This document shows, in pieces, positions 50,366-63,150 of a DNA stretch of 64,000 nucleotides (positions are counted from its first letter, which is position 1; the number at the start of each line of letters is the position of its first letter). The position numbers and the translations under genes are program-made. The stretch comes from Octopus sinensis (lineage: Eukaryota), in contig NC_043000.1 in assembly GCF_006345805.1 (NCBI RefSeq), forward strand, positions 30,814,001-30,878,000. The letters are read 5' to 3'. A model generated the notes under the pieces. That model did no database searches. It was given only the letters and a program-made list of their open reading frames with translations, and was not told where the DNA came from.

Positions 50366-51051
50366 TTTGTGTTTTCGCTTTTCACAAATTCAGTCTTCGT
50401 GTGTTTACGTCCCCGTAACTTAGCCGTTTGGCAAAAGTCACCGATAGAAGTAACCATGCAGAAAAGACAAAAGAAAATGCAAATTAAAAACAAATATTGT
50501 AGTGCTTCATTCAATTAAAATTCATGAATTCGGCGCTCCAGCCTGGCCGCTGTGCAATGACTGAACCCAGTAAAAAAAATAAAAGATTTCAATGAAACAC
50601 TCCTTTCTTCTTACCTAAACATATTCGCCAATTTCTAAACACTTCAATGAATTATTTACATTAAATCAGATTTGGAAATCTTCACAGATTTTATTTAACA
50701 AATCAGAACTTAATACAGTTTAATGCAAAAAGGGATGTAATAAGAGTTATTATCCTTACTGTTTTTCTCTCCCCTCCCATTCACACCGACTCCGCCTATT
50801 TTGCATCCTTTATTACCTCATACCCCTCCTCTATTAGTAAATAGAGAGAGCTCTCTCCCTCCCTCTCTCTGCCTCTGTCTCTCTCTTCCCACCCGTCTCT
50901 AATCTCATTAGTTATTACAGATTTCATCCTCCTCCCCCTTGCTTTCTGTCTTAACTCATCCTCTTCCTAACTTACTAAACACATGAAGCTTTTCGTTTCC
51001 ATCTCTTTCTCTCTCTCTCCCCTCTTACTCTCTCTCTCTCTCTCTCTCTCT

Positions 51052-51089
<38 letters not shown>

Positions 51090-51226
51090 CTATATCGTTC
51101 TGCCTCTCTATTTTTCTCTCTTACCTAACGCTATCTTTCATTCTTTCTCTCTCCCTCTCTTTCTCTCACCTGCAAAACCAATCAAGCGACTTCTCACTCC
51201 ACTCATCAACCCTCTTTTTCTCTCTC

Positions 51227-51275
<49 letters not shown>

Positions 51276-51429
51276 CTCTCTCTCCCACTTCATTATATCT
51301 TACCCCTTTCTCTCTTCCTTTTCTTTATTTCTAAAAAACGCTCCTTTCTCACAAATGAATTATATTTTCAAATTTACCTTAAATTGTTGTTCTCTAGCTT
51401 CTTTTATACCAAGACAAAACAATGTACAT

Positions 51430-52320
51430 GATAACATTTCCAATCAGTTAAGATGTGAAACCATGAGAGCCACTGCCTGGTACTGCATCAGTACCTTGAA
51501 TACTGTTGGGTTCTTCCCATGAATGGTGGATCCCAGTCACAACAGCGTTATCTTTCCATCTAGTGATTTTTATATCATTGGATTCCAGGACTACGGTGAC
51601 AGTCTTTGAAGAGCATCGTTCTTTTTTATCCAAACAGCGTACAGAAGAACTAGGACACGAGGCTTCTAAACTTTTTGTTCTCAATCTACTAGTACATTTG
51701 TATCCCAAAGTTTTGAGTTCATTTATTAGTGGCACTGATGTGAACAAGTTATCAAAATCTACATAATAAGGAAGGTAATTTTTCTTATCGCTATAGGAAT
51801 CCAGTAAATGAAGTACTGTTGACGAACATTTTCCATAAGTCGATTCTAATTCTACATTTCCCCTCGTGGGTCTTCTTTCATTGAATGCTCAAATATATCA
51901 TTGTCATGTAATAGCTCAAATAATTCCACTTCACTAAAATCCATGTATTTTGAATATTTACACCCAGGAAAAATGGAGGACATCACTTGTATGTCAACCT
52001 TTTCTCAAGTAATTTGACATTTTTTTCTTTTCTTTCCCGCACCTGAAGCCGCTCCGGTTTCAGCAGAACTTTCTTTCTGCATCACTTTGTTATCTTTTGT
52101 TTTCGTACTTCGTGATTGCAATTCTGTTGGGGCGCGAAGTTATTTGCCTGAGAGATGATGAGTGTACTGAATGTTGTCAGCTTCATCTTCTTTCCCCGAA
52201 TCCTCATCTGTCGTATCAGTTACCTCCGGGTGTTCAATGAAAATATCATATGGACCTTCATCTTCCTCTTCATGAATACTCAAAATTTCGTTCAAAGACA
52301 CTTCACGTTTCCTGAAAACA
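51430..52320 (-). mobile_element. piggyBac (PGBD3-like) transposase remnant, internally deleted
   Basis: TDEDSGKED..HLSGK*LRAPTE N-terminus; YYVDFDNLFTSVPLINELKTLG; ITRWKDNAVVT. Confidence 0.85.
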
Positions 52321-52349
52321 ATACAGAATAGTGAAAAACTATAGAGTTT

Positions 52350-52608
52350 TTGCACTAGGAAAGTGCGGACCTCCGCCAAGCAGCAGGCTCCTCCTCATCA
52401 CCCATAGTTTGGTTTACACTGAATCACCTCCAAAATCTAATCATGTGTTCCTGGTCCTATTTTAAACATTTCCGGAAACTTTCATCAAAAACGCGTCCAT
52501 AACTTTTACAGTTGTTCCCAACATACAAACAAACAAACAATCAAACGAACAGATAAATAGTCAGACGGACAAACCAACACCGGAAAAATCATAACATCCT
52601 TAACGGTA
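52350..52608 (+). mobile_element. Helentron/HINE-like short element
   Basis: acctccgccaag near 5' end, (CAAA/CAGA/ACGG) microsatellite, decayed 3' motif aaaatcataacatcctt. Confidence 0.45.
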
Positions 52609-52609
52609 T

Positions 52610-53465
52610 TCTTTTTCATGTTGACCACTATAAGTTTGCACTGGTCCTGGCCCAGGTTGGATAGAAGACTTATCCCAGCCAGGCATGACTGGCAGCCAGT
52701 GTCTGCCATAGCTCTGTGACGGATAGCTGCGATCGGTCGTGAAATGGAAGTAGGGAAGCCAGACGCCTTAGCGGCAGCTGCGTCGGCTTCAATAAAGGTA
52801 GTGACGAAGATATGGGAATCGGAAGAGCATTTCAAACAGGAATAGAAGAGGTTCATTATACACATGGTGGTCAAGAATTATTGCTTGGGTATAGAATTCG
52901 CTAGGGAGGTCGACCAGGAGCCATAGGCTGTTGAATATTGCAGAAGTGTGGTATTCCGTGTCAGCTGCGTTGGTTTGAGCCTGCCATTGGGGACGGAGTT
53001 GCCGGAGGCAGACACTCTCATAGTAGTGCAGGATACCTTACGTAGCGTATTTGTGATTGTAAGCGGAGCATTTTCTCGTGTGTTCCTGTACATGACGTCT
53101 GTCATCGTGTTTTCTGCAGTGACATCAGGGGTTTGCGGTGGGTGTAACGCGGGGTTTGCCGGATTTATTGATCAAGCGTTGCCGCTCCTGCTGCCTATAT
53201 AAACTGGAGGCCGCGGTGGTTGAGGTAGTGATGGGGCCCATTACTTCTGAATCTCACAAACGAGGTCGAAAAAATCTTTTGAACCACACATAAATAACAG
53301 GAGATATCAGCAATACTTTCTCCTTATGTGACAACGGATATTATTATGTAACCACTAGTCCTTTTCATGATGTAAACATAATATCTTCATGAATATGTGT
53401 AACAGGAAATCACTATATCCAGTGGTTAACAGTAGAAGAGCTACATGTTGCCTTCCTTGGTTACA
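52610..53465 (-). mobile_element. Gypsy LTR retrotransposon remnant, copy 1 (putative LTR 53241-53465, gag end, protease)
   Basis: AMADTGCQSCLAG protease DTG motif in ORF 52506..52874; homologous to 54880-56480; TGTAACC start on minus strand. Confidence 0.8.
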
Positions 53466-53972
53466 TTTCTCCTATTATAGTAGGCAATGGGGCATGATTG
53501 AATATTTGTAACCAGGGGACGTGAAATATAATAAGATGTCTTCTACTTCACGAAAGGAACAAGATTTATTAGGGAAGAACAGATTAAAGTACAGAGATGG
53601 AGGCGACGAGGTGAATGACGAGTAGCGGCTGTAAGATGAACAAGGTGGACCTATGTCGAAGTAAGCGTGTACGGAATAGAAAGAAGACAAAGAGACAACC
53701 AGCCCAGTAGCCCTAACCCTAAACCTCGCTATAAAATACATACATACATACACATAGATATACACGCACTACACACACGCGCACACATGCAGACTCCCAA
53801 TGCACATATGCACATGCATACATACACCTTCACTCTAACACTACGCACACACATGCAGATACATACATACATACATACATACATACATACATACATACAT
53901 ACATACATACATACATACATACATACATACATACATAATACATACATACATACATGCATGCATACACATATA

Positions 53973-54016
<44 letters not shown>

Positions 54017-54356
54017 AGAGAGAGAGAGAGGTCCACACATGTGTTTGCGTGTGTTTAAAGATATATGAGTTAGTTGTATTTGGTCAGACTTTATGTTCCG
54101 AGTTCAATTTCCGTCTGAGTCGACTGCACTTCCATACCCTTGGGTCCATATATTATACCTGTCTAATTTAAGAAAGATTTACGATATTTCAAGACAAAAA
54201 TCTCACTTAAAAATTCAAAATTATAAATCTCACTGTAAGGGAGATAACTCTAACAAATAACGTTGGGGAAAGTGCCAAACACTTCAAATTAACTCCCTTA
54301 AGCAACAAGAAACACAACTCTTGCCATGACTTTGAAATGGGAATTATTTAAATATA

Positions 54357-54614
54357 TTACGGAGATGTACTTGCATAGTAAGTGACGTGATCTAAGATCG
54401 TGTGCTGGAACGAACAGCTGCAGCGTGGAAGGTGTTTATAAGCCATTTAAGAAACACACAAAAACCGTTCGAGATGCAGCACGAAGTTTTATCAGTGAAC
54501 AGGTCGCGGTCTCAAAGCGACGAAAATATTTTGACAAATTAAATTTAAATGTTGAAGTAAATCTAACGGTTTTGTGTGTTTCTTAAATGGCTTATAAACA
54601 CCTTCCACGCTGCA
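54357..54614. mobile_element. Foldback MITE fragment (arms 54419-54469 / 54565-54614)
   Basis: tgcagcgtggaaggtgtttataagccatttaagaaacacacaaaa(a)ccgtt inverted almost perfectly. Confidence 0.85.
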
Positions 54615-54879
54615 ATTATTTAAATATAGTCTCCCTTTAAAAACTATGGACATAATTATAAACTACTCTATACCCACTTTCTGTGGTGCCGTACGCCACC
54701 GTAAGAATTAAATGGGTATTAAATGGGTTACGGATCTGCCCTTTTCTAATGGATACATTGAATCGTTTCCTTTCTACACAACACAACGTAATAGTATAGG
54801 TTGTTTTCCCTTTTTTCAATCGATATCCGTACGAAGCAGATTACATCATTTCGAGATGTTTCAATTGAGATGCCTACAT

Positions 54880-56480
54880 TCACACACCTTTCGCCAATTC
54901 TGGAGGAGTTGAGAGGAATAACACGAGGGTGGAACACACTTCCTTGGAAACAAAAAGTTTGTCACTTGAAGGAATGATGTACGCAAATAGACGGGTCGTG
55001 CACTTCGCAGATGATGGAGCAGTCCCAGATATGCGTAGGTTCAGGGCATTGATGCTATCTATGGAGCTGTTGTGAGCAGCATTCATTTTCATCTTGACCA
55101 ATTTACGTTGACGCTGGTCCAGGCTTTCTTTCGATAGACTTGGTTCAGCCAGGCACGACTGGCATCCAGTGTTTGCTACAGCATTGTGACGGATAACTTG
55201 GGTCAGTCGTGAATAGGAAGTGGCGAAACTTGGTGCCATCGTGGCAAGTGTGTCGGCTTGAATGAAGATAGTGACGAAAGAATGGGGGTCGGCAGAACGT
55301 TTTCCCCAGGAATCGCAGGGTTCATTATATATATGGCGGTTAAGAATTATATCTTGGGTAGAAGATTCGTTAGGGAGGTCGACCAGAAGCCATAGGTTGT
55401 TGAATATTGCAGAAGTGTGGTCTTCCGTGTCAGCTGCGTTGGTTGGAACCTGCCGATGAGGACGGCGTTTTGAGCGGAAGACATTCTCCTAGTGATACAG
55501 GATGACACACCTAGCGTATTTGTGGTTGTATGCTGAGCATTTCCTCATGCATTCCTGTACATGACGTTTGTAATCGTATTTTCTGCAGTGACTGCAGGGA
55601 TTTGCGGTGGGTGTATCATGGGTTTGCTGGATTTATTGACCAAGCGCTGCAACTGGTGCCTATATGAACTGGATGCCGCGGTGATTGAGGCAGTGCTGTG
55701 GCCCATGAGGCGGCTGGTTGAGCGTTTTGCGCTTTTTTTCTCGACGTACTTCGGGGCTTCTTCCAAGGTCATGTCTTACTTGGAATCACCCGACCCACCT
55801 ACAAGAACATCGCGAACTATGACGTCCCAGGGGCATTCTACTTTGATGTTGCAGACTGCCACCGACAACATGCAGCCAATGTCCTAACGGGTTCGTCCCG
55901 ATCCAGGCACATTTGCCGTATCTGCACAGGAACGACCATCACGTTTTCTTCGCGGACAACTATGGACTTAATGTGAGTGAGGACAGTTCGCTAATCGCTG
56001 GAGCCCAACGCACCGAACGTCCATGTAAAATCTTTTCTGAGTGTTCTTTTGCAGCATTCGAGAAGATGAAAGGCTACTTGGTTACACCTAAGTCCACTGG
56101 CTTGTTTGTAGTCTGAACATCTCAGCTCAGAGCAAGCCCACTTCTTGCTAGTTTCAGCTGCGGAGATGACGGGGCGGCGGACCTTCACGGGTGAGACTCT
56201 CCATTGGAGCGGCCTGTTGCCAGGCAGTCAGATGGGCAGTGGCGTCTACAAAGCAAAGCATGAGGTAGACGTAAAAGAGGATGAACGAATAAAATTTTAA
56301 CTGCTAGTAGAAGCGGGATTCTCGAATTCGCGAACATTACGGTATCGAATGCACTGACAGACAGTAAAAACAGTTCTGTTTCCTATTTCTTTAACCACCA
56401 TTTCTTACTTCTGAATCTCACAAACAAGGTCGAAAAAAACTTTTGAGCTACGCATAAATAACAGGAGATATCAGCAATAA
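54880..56480 (-). mobile_element. Gypsy LTR retrotransposon remnant, copy 2 (gag-protease)
   Basis: KVRRPVISAA..W..SDYK..LLECCKRTLRKD gag N-terminus; decayed Zn knuckles PCSHC..CSAYNHKYARC..H; AVANTGCQSCLA protease with D to N change. Confidence 0.85.
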
Positions 56481-57099
56481 GCATCAGTAAATAGAAACTT
56501 CATTTAATAACCATCGAATAATTATGTATAAGCAGGACCCTTGGAAATTGCACGAAATACCAAAAATGTAAGCATCTTTGAATAGTGACAATATTTAAGT
56601 GTGAAATCATTTTTGTTGTTTTTGTGTTATACTACAAAAAATCATAAATTTTTATACAATTTGATATTTTTGAAATTCGACAATATTCGGAGGTGTGAGC
56701 GTTGAGGTTTTTTTTTTTGTTTTTAACTGGTACCATCTGTAGTCATTGAGTTCCACTCCCTCCATGAGTTTTCCTCTCCTGCTAACCAGCTTGAGTGTTG
56801 TTTGTAATTGACTGAAGAAGGCAGTGAAGTATCCTGCGCTGGGGGTTGAACACTATTAGACTGAATTGCTGTCGCTGCTGCAGACCATCGAGGTGGTGGT
56901 AATGCTGGCTGGTGCGATTTTGTGGTTTGCTGGCATGGTGGGGGAGGAGGCCACTGCGAGAGAGATCCAGTAGGCCCCCAACTGGTTCGCTGATCTTGAA
57001 GGTGTAATGATGGAGCTGGCTGTTGTGGTGGTGATGCTAGCTGGTGCAGTGGTCTTCCTCACAGTACTTCATGGCAGAAAATATTTTGTGTGTATGTCA

Positions 57100-57530
57100 C
57101 ACCACATTTTTAGCCTTGTCTGTGATCCTGATTGAGTGTCATAACTCTTACTTTGATATTGTTCATAGCTCGTGCTCTTGAGAATGTGACATATAATTGA
57201 CCATGAGAAAGTACCAGTTGAGGCAAATGTATTTGAACATTTTTAAATGTTTACTCTGGAGCCTTATGATTGTCATTGAATGTACAAGTCAAAGATGAAA
57301 CTGAAGTCTGTTTAGAGTGAATGGAATATTTGCATTACTTGGGTTAAGTTTAATTCTGGGAATTAGAACTGTATGAGTTCTGTTGCAGTCTGTTGCCAAT
57401 GATGCCTTTGCACAATGTTCATGAAGTCTTTGCACTTACATGTGAATTCCATTACAAAATGGCACTTGACTGATGGGAAGATTTCTTAGCAGTATTACAA
57501 TAGCCCTTGCTGTGTGTTGCTTTGTCACTC
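57100..57530 (-). mobile_element. Helitron PIF1-type helicase C-terminal remnant
   Basis: IVILLRNL..FCNG, VLIPRIKLNP..IPFTLNRLQF, MTI, LSHGQLYVTFSRAR..IKV. Confidence 0.88.
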
Positions 57531-57823
57531 ACTTCAACTATACCTCCTCCTCTGCTTAACACTTATTTGGGTTTTTTTCTTTGTGCCTCTCCCTTCAACT
57601 GTAGAAAAGCAACAGTAACATCCACAGCTATTTGGTGAGAGAGAAGTAGACAGACAGAATAACTGTCAGTCAGACAGACAAACAGATAAATAAGTAGATA
57701 GGTAAGTAGGGAGATAGATGGATAGATAGATAGACAGAGAGAGAGAGAGAGATATTATACCTTGTCCGCTTAACACCTTTTATTTCTCTTTGTCTTTGTA
57801 CCTCTGCCTTTAACTGTAGAAAA

Positions 57824-58050
57824 CTAACAGTAACATCTGGCTGGTTGTAATGTCATATTTTCTTGTTGACGTCTTTTCTTGTCTTTCCAGTTCTCCTCTC
57901 TCTCTATGTCACTCCTTTGTGTTCCCTCTTTTACGGTACGTCGCGAATCTCCACGGTTGCTGGCAACTGCTTCCCAGTTGGTAATATTGATGTTGCAGGC
58001 ATTCATGTCCCTTTTGCAAACATGCTTGTATCGCAATTAATTTGCAATAT
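57824..58050 (-). mobile_element. RTE-clade LINE C-terminal remnant
   Basis: RYKHVCKRDMNACNINITNWEAVASNRGDSRRTVKEG fits RTE/BovB C-terminus. Confidence 0.8.
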
Positions 58051-58374
58051 TCATGCATATTGAACCTACAATAGAATACTTCCATTTCAGTTTCAAGCTT
58101 CTTTTTTTTGTCACTCGTGGGATATGATTCAGTAGTCAGAACCGAAGGCAGTTCATTCTTAAAACCTGTTTAGCTTTTCTTGTTGGAACAATTTAGCAGC
58201 TACAAAGTGTTTAGTGGAAGAATATCCATCCATTATATCAACACATATGTAATCACACACTTTCTTCGCTTTCTGCCATGATTGTCTTTGAAAGATTCGC
58301 ACAGTACTTCGAGGTTCTTATTTCTAAAATAGCAGTTTTGAAATCTGTTTCATAATCAAAATCAAAATCAAATC

Positions 58375-58842
58375 CATGACTGGCATCCGTGATAGCAGGG
58401 TGCAAAGAGCACCATACGAGTGTGATCATTGACAGAGCGGTTAACCGGCTTCCATGCCAGTGGCACATAAAAGGGCACCATTTGAGTATGATTGTTACCA
58501 TATCCCTGTGCTAGTAGGGTGCCAAGAGCACCATCCGAGCATGATTGTTGCCAGAGCAGCCAACTGGCTTCCATACCCATGGCACGTAAAAGGGCACCAT
58601 TCGAGTGTGATCGTTACCAACGTCGTTTCACTGGCACCTGTGCCAGTGGGACGTGTAAAAAAATTCAAGTGAGGTCATTGCCAGTACCACCAACACTGCA
58701 CTCTCAGAGTGGTTGGTGTTAGGAAGGGCATCCAGCTGTAGAAACTCTGCCAGATCAAGATTGGAGCCTGGTGCAGCCATCTGGTTCACCAACCCTCAGT
58801 CAAAACCGTCCAACCCACGCTAGCATGGAAAGCAGACGTTAA
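58375..58842 (+). mobile_element. Retroposon 3' region, family D (internal ~65-bp tandem units; tail catgctagcatggaaagcggacgttaaacgatgatg in the 60930 copy)
   Basis: Homologous to 60158-60388 (-), 60930-61292 (+) and 63215-63352 (-). Confidence 0.8.
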
Positions 58843-59783
58843 TTTCTCAAGATTGCATTTGGTTGTAAACTATTTCAACAGGAGGCATAATCTAACCAAA
58901 AAATGAAATTACCATCATTCAGTTGTTTTAAAATTCCTGTTGCTTCTGCAATAGTTTGATCCATGTTTGATCTTGAATGAATTTCAGGAAGGCAGCTTTT
59001 TAAAGGTTGCAAATTTTCATGAACTCTGTTTGTGGTCTGTATGTTAAAGTTCCAGCTTGTACAGGACGGATGCAGAATGCTGACATCTATATGCTTCTTG
59101 AGAATAGATTCACATTGTGGTGATCTTGAAAAGGATGTTGGAATAGACAAAATGTTATAGAAAAATATTCTTGCATTCTGTGTAATACTTGCCTCACATC
59201 TCATTATTAAATTAAATTGATGTGCATAAAAGTGAATGAAATGTGCGTTACTATAAACTGCTTCTATTTTTGCTTGAACTTCTGTTTTTTTCACCTTTCA
59301 TGAAATTTGCACCATCAAATATCTGAGCTATCAGTTTTTGTCCATTTTCTTAAAGGATTATTTCTGATTGTTCTAGAATACGTTTTATATGCCATCTGCA
59401 GTTTGATTTTCTGGAATAAAGAATCCGGCAAAACACTCAAATATTTCTTCCTTCAACACGTACCATAGAACAATGACCATTTGAGTGTGTTCTGAAGCAT
59501 CTGTTGTGCCATCAGCCATGGTGGCTACAAATGAAGCTTCTCTAATTTCTGTCCTTATCTCCTCATGGTATATTTGTAGCAGGCATCCAAGTATCTCATT
59601 CTGAATAATCTTAGAAACACCTTTGGAGACTGAAATGGTTTCTAAGTGATTCTTCAAATAAGGATCTAATTTAGATGCAAAATTTATTAATCCCCTAAAT
59701 ACGCCTGGATTTATTGAATCACCTTTTTCATCATGTCCACGTAAGGGAGTCTGAAAGTTTCCACAAAATAAAACAGTCTATTA

Positions 59784-60077
59784 TCTCTATATATATAAAC
59801 GGCAAAATGTTTATGTCATTCAAAACCGTCCAATGGTGCTCGTGCACATCTTTACATTTCCCCAGTCACCCCGCAAAGCCGTTAAAAAAATCAATAGAAG
59901 TGACTTTTTTCTGAATTTCCTATCCAAAACCCAATCAAAATGCCCGAAACTTGATACACCAATTGAATGCCAGCTAGCTGTATGTAATTGGTTGGAGATT
60001 TGGACAGTACCCGCATGTATGTGCGCACACACGCAGCTGTATATGCATGCACTAGCTTTGCCGGGTCATAGTGCTAG
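59784..60077 (+). mobile_element. Non-autonomous Helitron
   Basis: A|TCTCTATATATATAAA...gccgggtcatagtgCTAG|T, no TSD; removal restores the hAT frame KNCAILFNIIDC. Confidence 0.85.
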
Positions 60078-60157
60078 TATTGAATAAAATTGCACAGTTC
60101 TTTTTAGCCTTTGTGTTATGCTCATTGATTGAAAGTCTGTGTGACTCACAAAGTTTC

Positions 60158-60388
60158 ATCATCACCATCATCATCATTGTTTAACATCCGTTTTCTATGC
60201 TAGCATGTGTTGGACGGTTTGACTGAGGTCTGGAAAGGCAGTGGCTGCACCATGCTCCAATCTAATCTGGCAATGTTTCTACAGCTGGATGCCCTTCCTA
60301 ATGCCAACCACTCCAAGATTGTAGTGGGTGCTTTTTATATGCCACTGGCACAGGAGCTAGTCAGGCAGGCCTGACATCAATCATGTCC
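60158..60388 (-). mobile_element. Family D retroposon inserted in the hAT remnant
   Basis: (GAT)n tail; short aagttt duplication at the flanks. Confidence 0.82.
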
Positions 60389-60929
60389 AGAAGTTTCTCC
60401 TTAATATTTGCAATTGCTAAAAGTGACAGTAAAACCACATTTTCAATATGCTTTTTTGATTTCTCATGTTTTTCGGTTTTTTCTTTCATTTTGTTTATAC
60501 TTCTAAAACTGTCTTTTGTCCAAACTTCCAAACAGCAAACACAGGAAGTAAAACAATGCATTTTTCAATTCACAGCCATAGAGCCAACTTTCTCATTGGC
60601 ACCATTCAGAATTAAAGCTACGGCTATAACTCTTGTTGTTGCTTATTCCTGGCTGAGATATACGAATATCAGATGCTGAACAGCCTCTTTTCTTTACTGT
60701 AACTTTCTCATGGAGAGACAACTGTGAAAATGTAAGCTGTTGAAATTCACTTACTGTCACAGAACTTATTTCTTGGGGATCCAAGGAGGTCATGGCTAAA
60801 TTATTTAAATTTTCTATACAATAAAAATAAAGAAACACGAAAAAACTAAGAATTAAATAGAATAGCTGGAAGCATGATAATCATCTACAGTTGATCACAT
60901 TCAAGAATATGGTACATGGTTTTCAAGCA

Positions 60930-61292
60930 CAATGCCGAGTGTGATCGTTGCTAGAGCGGCTATCTGGCCTCCGTGCCGGTGGCACATAAAAGACACCATT
61001 CGAGCATGATCATTACCAGCATCGCCTTACTGGCACCCGTGCCAGTGGAATGTATAAAAGATTTGAGCGAGGTCGTTGCCAGTGCCACCTGACTGGCCCC
61101 CATTCTGGTGGCACGTAAAAAGCACCCACTACACTCTCAGAGTAGTTGGCGTTAGGAAGGGCATCCATCTGTAGAAACTCTACCAGATCAAGATTGAAGC
61201 CTGGTACACTCATCTGGTTCGCCAGCCCTTAGTCAAATTGTCCAACCCATGCTAGCATGGAAAGCGGACGTTAAACGATGATGATGATGATG
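60930..61292 (+). mobile_element. Family D retroposon
   Basis: Ends in aaacgatgatgatgatgatg. Confidence 0.85.
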
Positions 61293-61516
61293 AATGCACA
61301 TTGAGTCAAAAATAAACACTACCTTATACTCGGACAACAGGGTCAGCACGGTGTGAGTGACAATGCTCCCTCTAACTAGCATGCAGCTTCTTTCTTTGGA
61401 CATGCGCACAACAGCCAAACACCACGTTGCTGGAACCGGGAAGCATACAGTTCCGTACAAGAATTTTTGTAATTTTTCTGTGAATGTGGGGATGACTACT
61501 GACATTAAACTTAAGG

Positions 61517-62180
61517 ATTATTATAATAATAATGAAATTATTGTATACAGTGCTCAGGTGCACCACAACTTGTCAAAAGTGCATATAAAGTATATGCAGT
61601 AATGTACAAATGTCTGGAAAGCGAACAGTGTATGAGTCAGATACATGCTGGCGTGTGTATGGAGGGGAGAAAATTGGGCGTAGTGTTGGCGAATCTCAGG
61701 AAGCATGGAAGTTTTGAAGGATGCAGTACTCTGACAACTAACAACTGATGCCAGCAGTTTGTTCCATGCTTCAGCAACTCTTAGCATGAAAAATGTTTCT
61801 GAAAGTCATGGGAGCTGTGCTGTTTCCTGACTTTGTAAACATGTCCACGGGTGTTAGACAGATGGAGTTTGAAAAGGTGCTCAGAGTTATTGTTTGTAAG
61901 ATGGTTAATAATTTTATATATATATATATATGTACATATATATATTTTGCCCTTACCTTCAAAACATGGAGTAGACGAAGCAGGGGCAGCTGCCAGACAT
62001 CGGAGTTTCAATGTATCCATGCCCAGGGAAGTAAGGCGTTTAGAATATAGCAAATGCCTGATGGAGGGTATTCTCTTATATAATGTACAGATATAAATAA
62101 TGAATTATAGAAAGAAAGACTCATTATATTGAATCTTATTGATAATATTGAGTGAAAATAGGGGGTGCTGCAGTTCCACA
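61517..62180 (-). mobile_element. CR1-like LINE 3' end
   Basis: YSKRLTSLGMDTLKLR..YKII..NTRGHVYKV..HF..RVAEAWNKL; 3'UTR ending in (ATT)n. Confidence 0.88.
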
Positions 62181-62204
62181 GTCCCTATACATGAGCTGCC
62201 ACTG

Positions 62205-62390
62205 ATTTCCATGCACACAATATCTGATTCCTCTTGTATCCAGTTTTTCTCATTTGTATATGATCTCAGCACACCTCTTGTGCACTCACACTGGGTACAC
62301 CAGACAAAGTTCCTACCGACTCCTTTAGAGCATATCAAGCATGGCCATTTTTTTGATGTCAGCAAAGTCCTGCCTTCCTTCTGTCTTTCT
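62205..62390 (-). mobile_element. RTE-like LINE fragment with Cys-rich insert
   Basis: KWPCLICSKGVGRNFVWCTQC resembles the PHD-like insert of some invertebrate RTE elements. Confidence 0.6.
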
Positions 62391-62827
62391 TATAAATGTA
62401 ATATATAAATATTTAACACATATGGGAATATGATAAACATTTACATAAAATATGTATATGCATGTGTGTTAAAAAGCACAAGAGAAATAAAAATACATCA
62501 GAACAAAAAATAAAGAAATAATGGTGATATAAACTACAAGAATGTTAAAGAAATGGAAGATGAAAAGTTACAACTATAGCACCAAAAAGAGGGACAGTAT
62601 CAAGAACAACAAGAATACCAGTCATTGAGGTGGGAGGCCAACAGTTTGTATCCTGTTATCATATAGCTCTCAATCACTGAGTCCACTTGACCATAAGTAA
62701 TAGTATAATTTATTACTGTAAGCAGTAGTAGTACTATTAGCATGGGAGACAAACAATATAAGATGATGATGACATATATATGTAGGTATATAAGTGTGTG
62801 TGGCTTTATATATCTATGTATATATAT

Positions 62828-63150
62828 ATATAGATAAAACTTACTTGGAAGTGGATGCGTGGCGTTTGATCATATAATAACAAAATAATAAATAAAACAT
62901 ATGCATATATACATACATATATGTACATACCTACATCTATATGTATATATACATGCATATATTGGTACAGGACATAAAAAAAACGTGGAAGACAATGAGA
63001 AACGAAAACATAAGAACAAAACCATGGAAACGGACTTTTTTCAAACAACGAAAAAACAGAGTACAAGACATACAACACAAGGAATATTCCCCTTCTTCAG
63101 CTGCCCCTGCTTCGTCTACTCCATGTTTTGAAGGTAAGGGCAAAATATAT
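62828..63150 (-). mobile_element. Diverged copy of the 10138-11598 repeat family (putative PLE terminal repeat)
   Basis: Shared tacctac..tacaggaca..aaaacata..cccttcttcag..tctactc blocks; flanked by (TA)n. Confidence 0.7.

Larger units (their letters stand above)
58845..60830 (-). mobile_element. hAT (ZMYM1-like/Tip100-type) transposase remnant interrupted by two insertions
   Basis: TTF-type zinc finger (RSFNSEW..KHEKSKKHIEN), PLRGHDE..NPGVFRGL, IQNEIL, MADGTTDAS, FDGA, IHFYAHQFNL. Confidence 0.9.

Noticed and set aside
672-54040. Dozens of YIYI/HTHT/MYVC/poly-amino-acid ORFs
   Set aside because: Translations of microsatellites, open in several frames on both strands.
58375-58690. ~65-bp tandem units resembling a CRISPR repeat-spacer array
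   Set aside because: Whole units are homologous with no unique spacers, they recur in dispersed retroposon copies, the context is eukaryotic and there are no cas genes.
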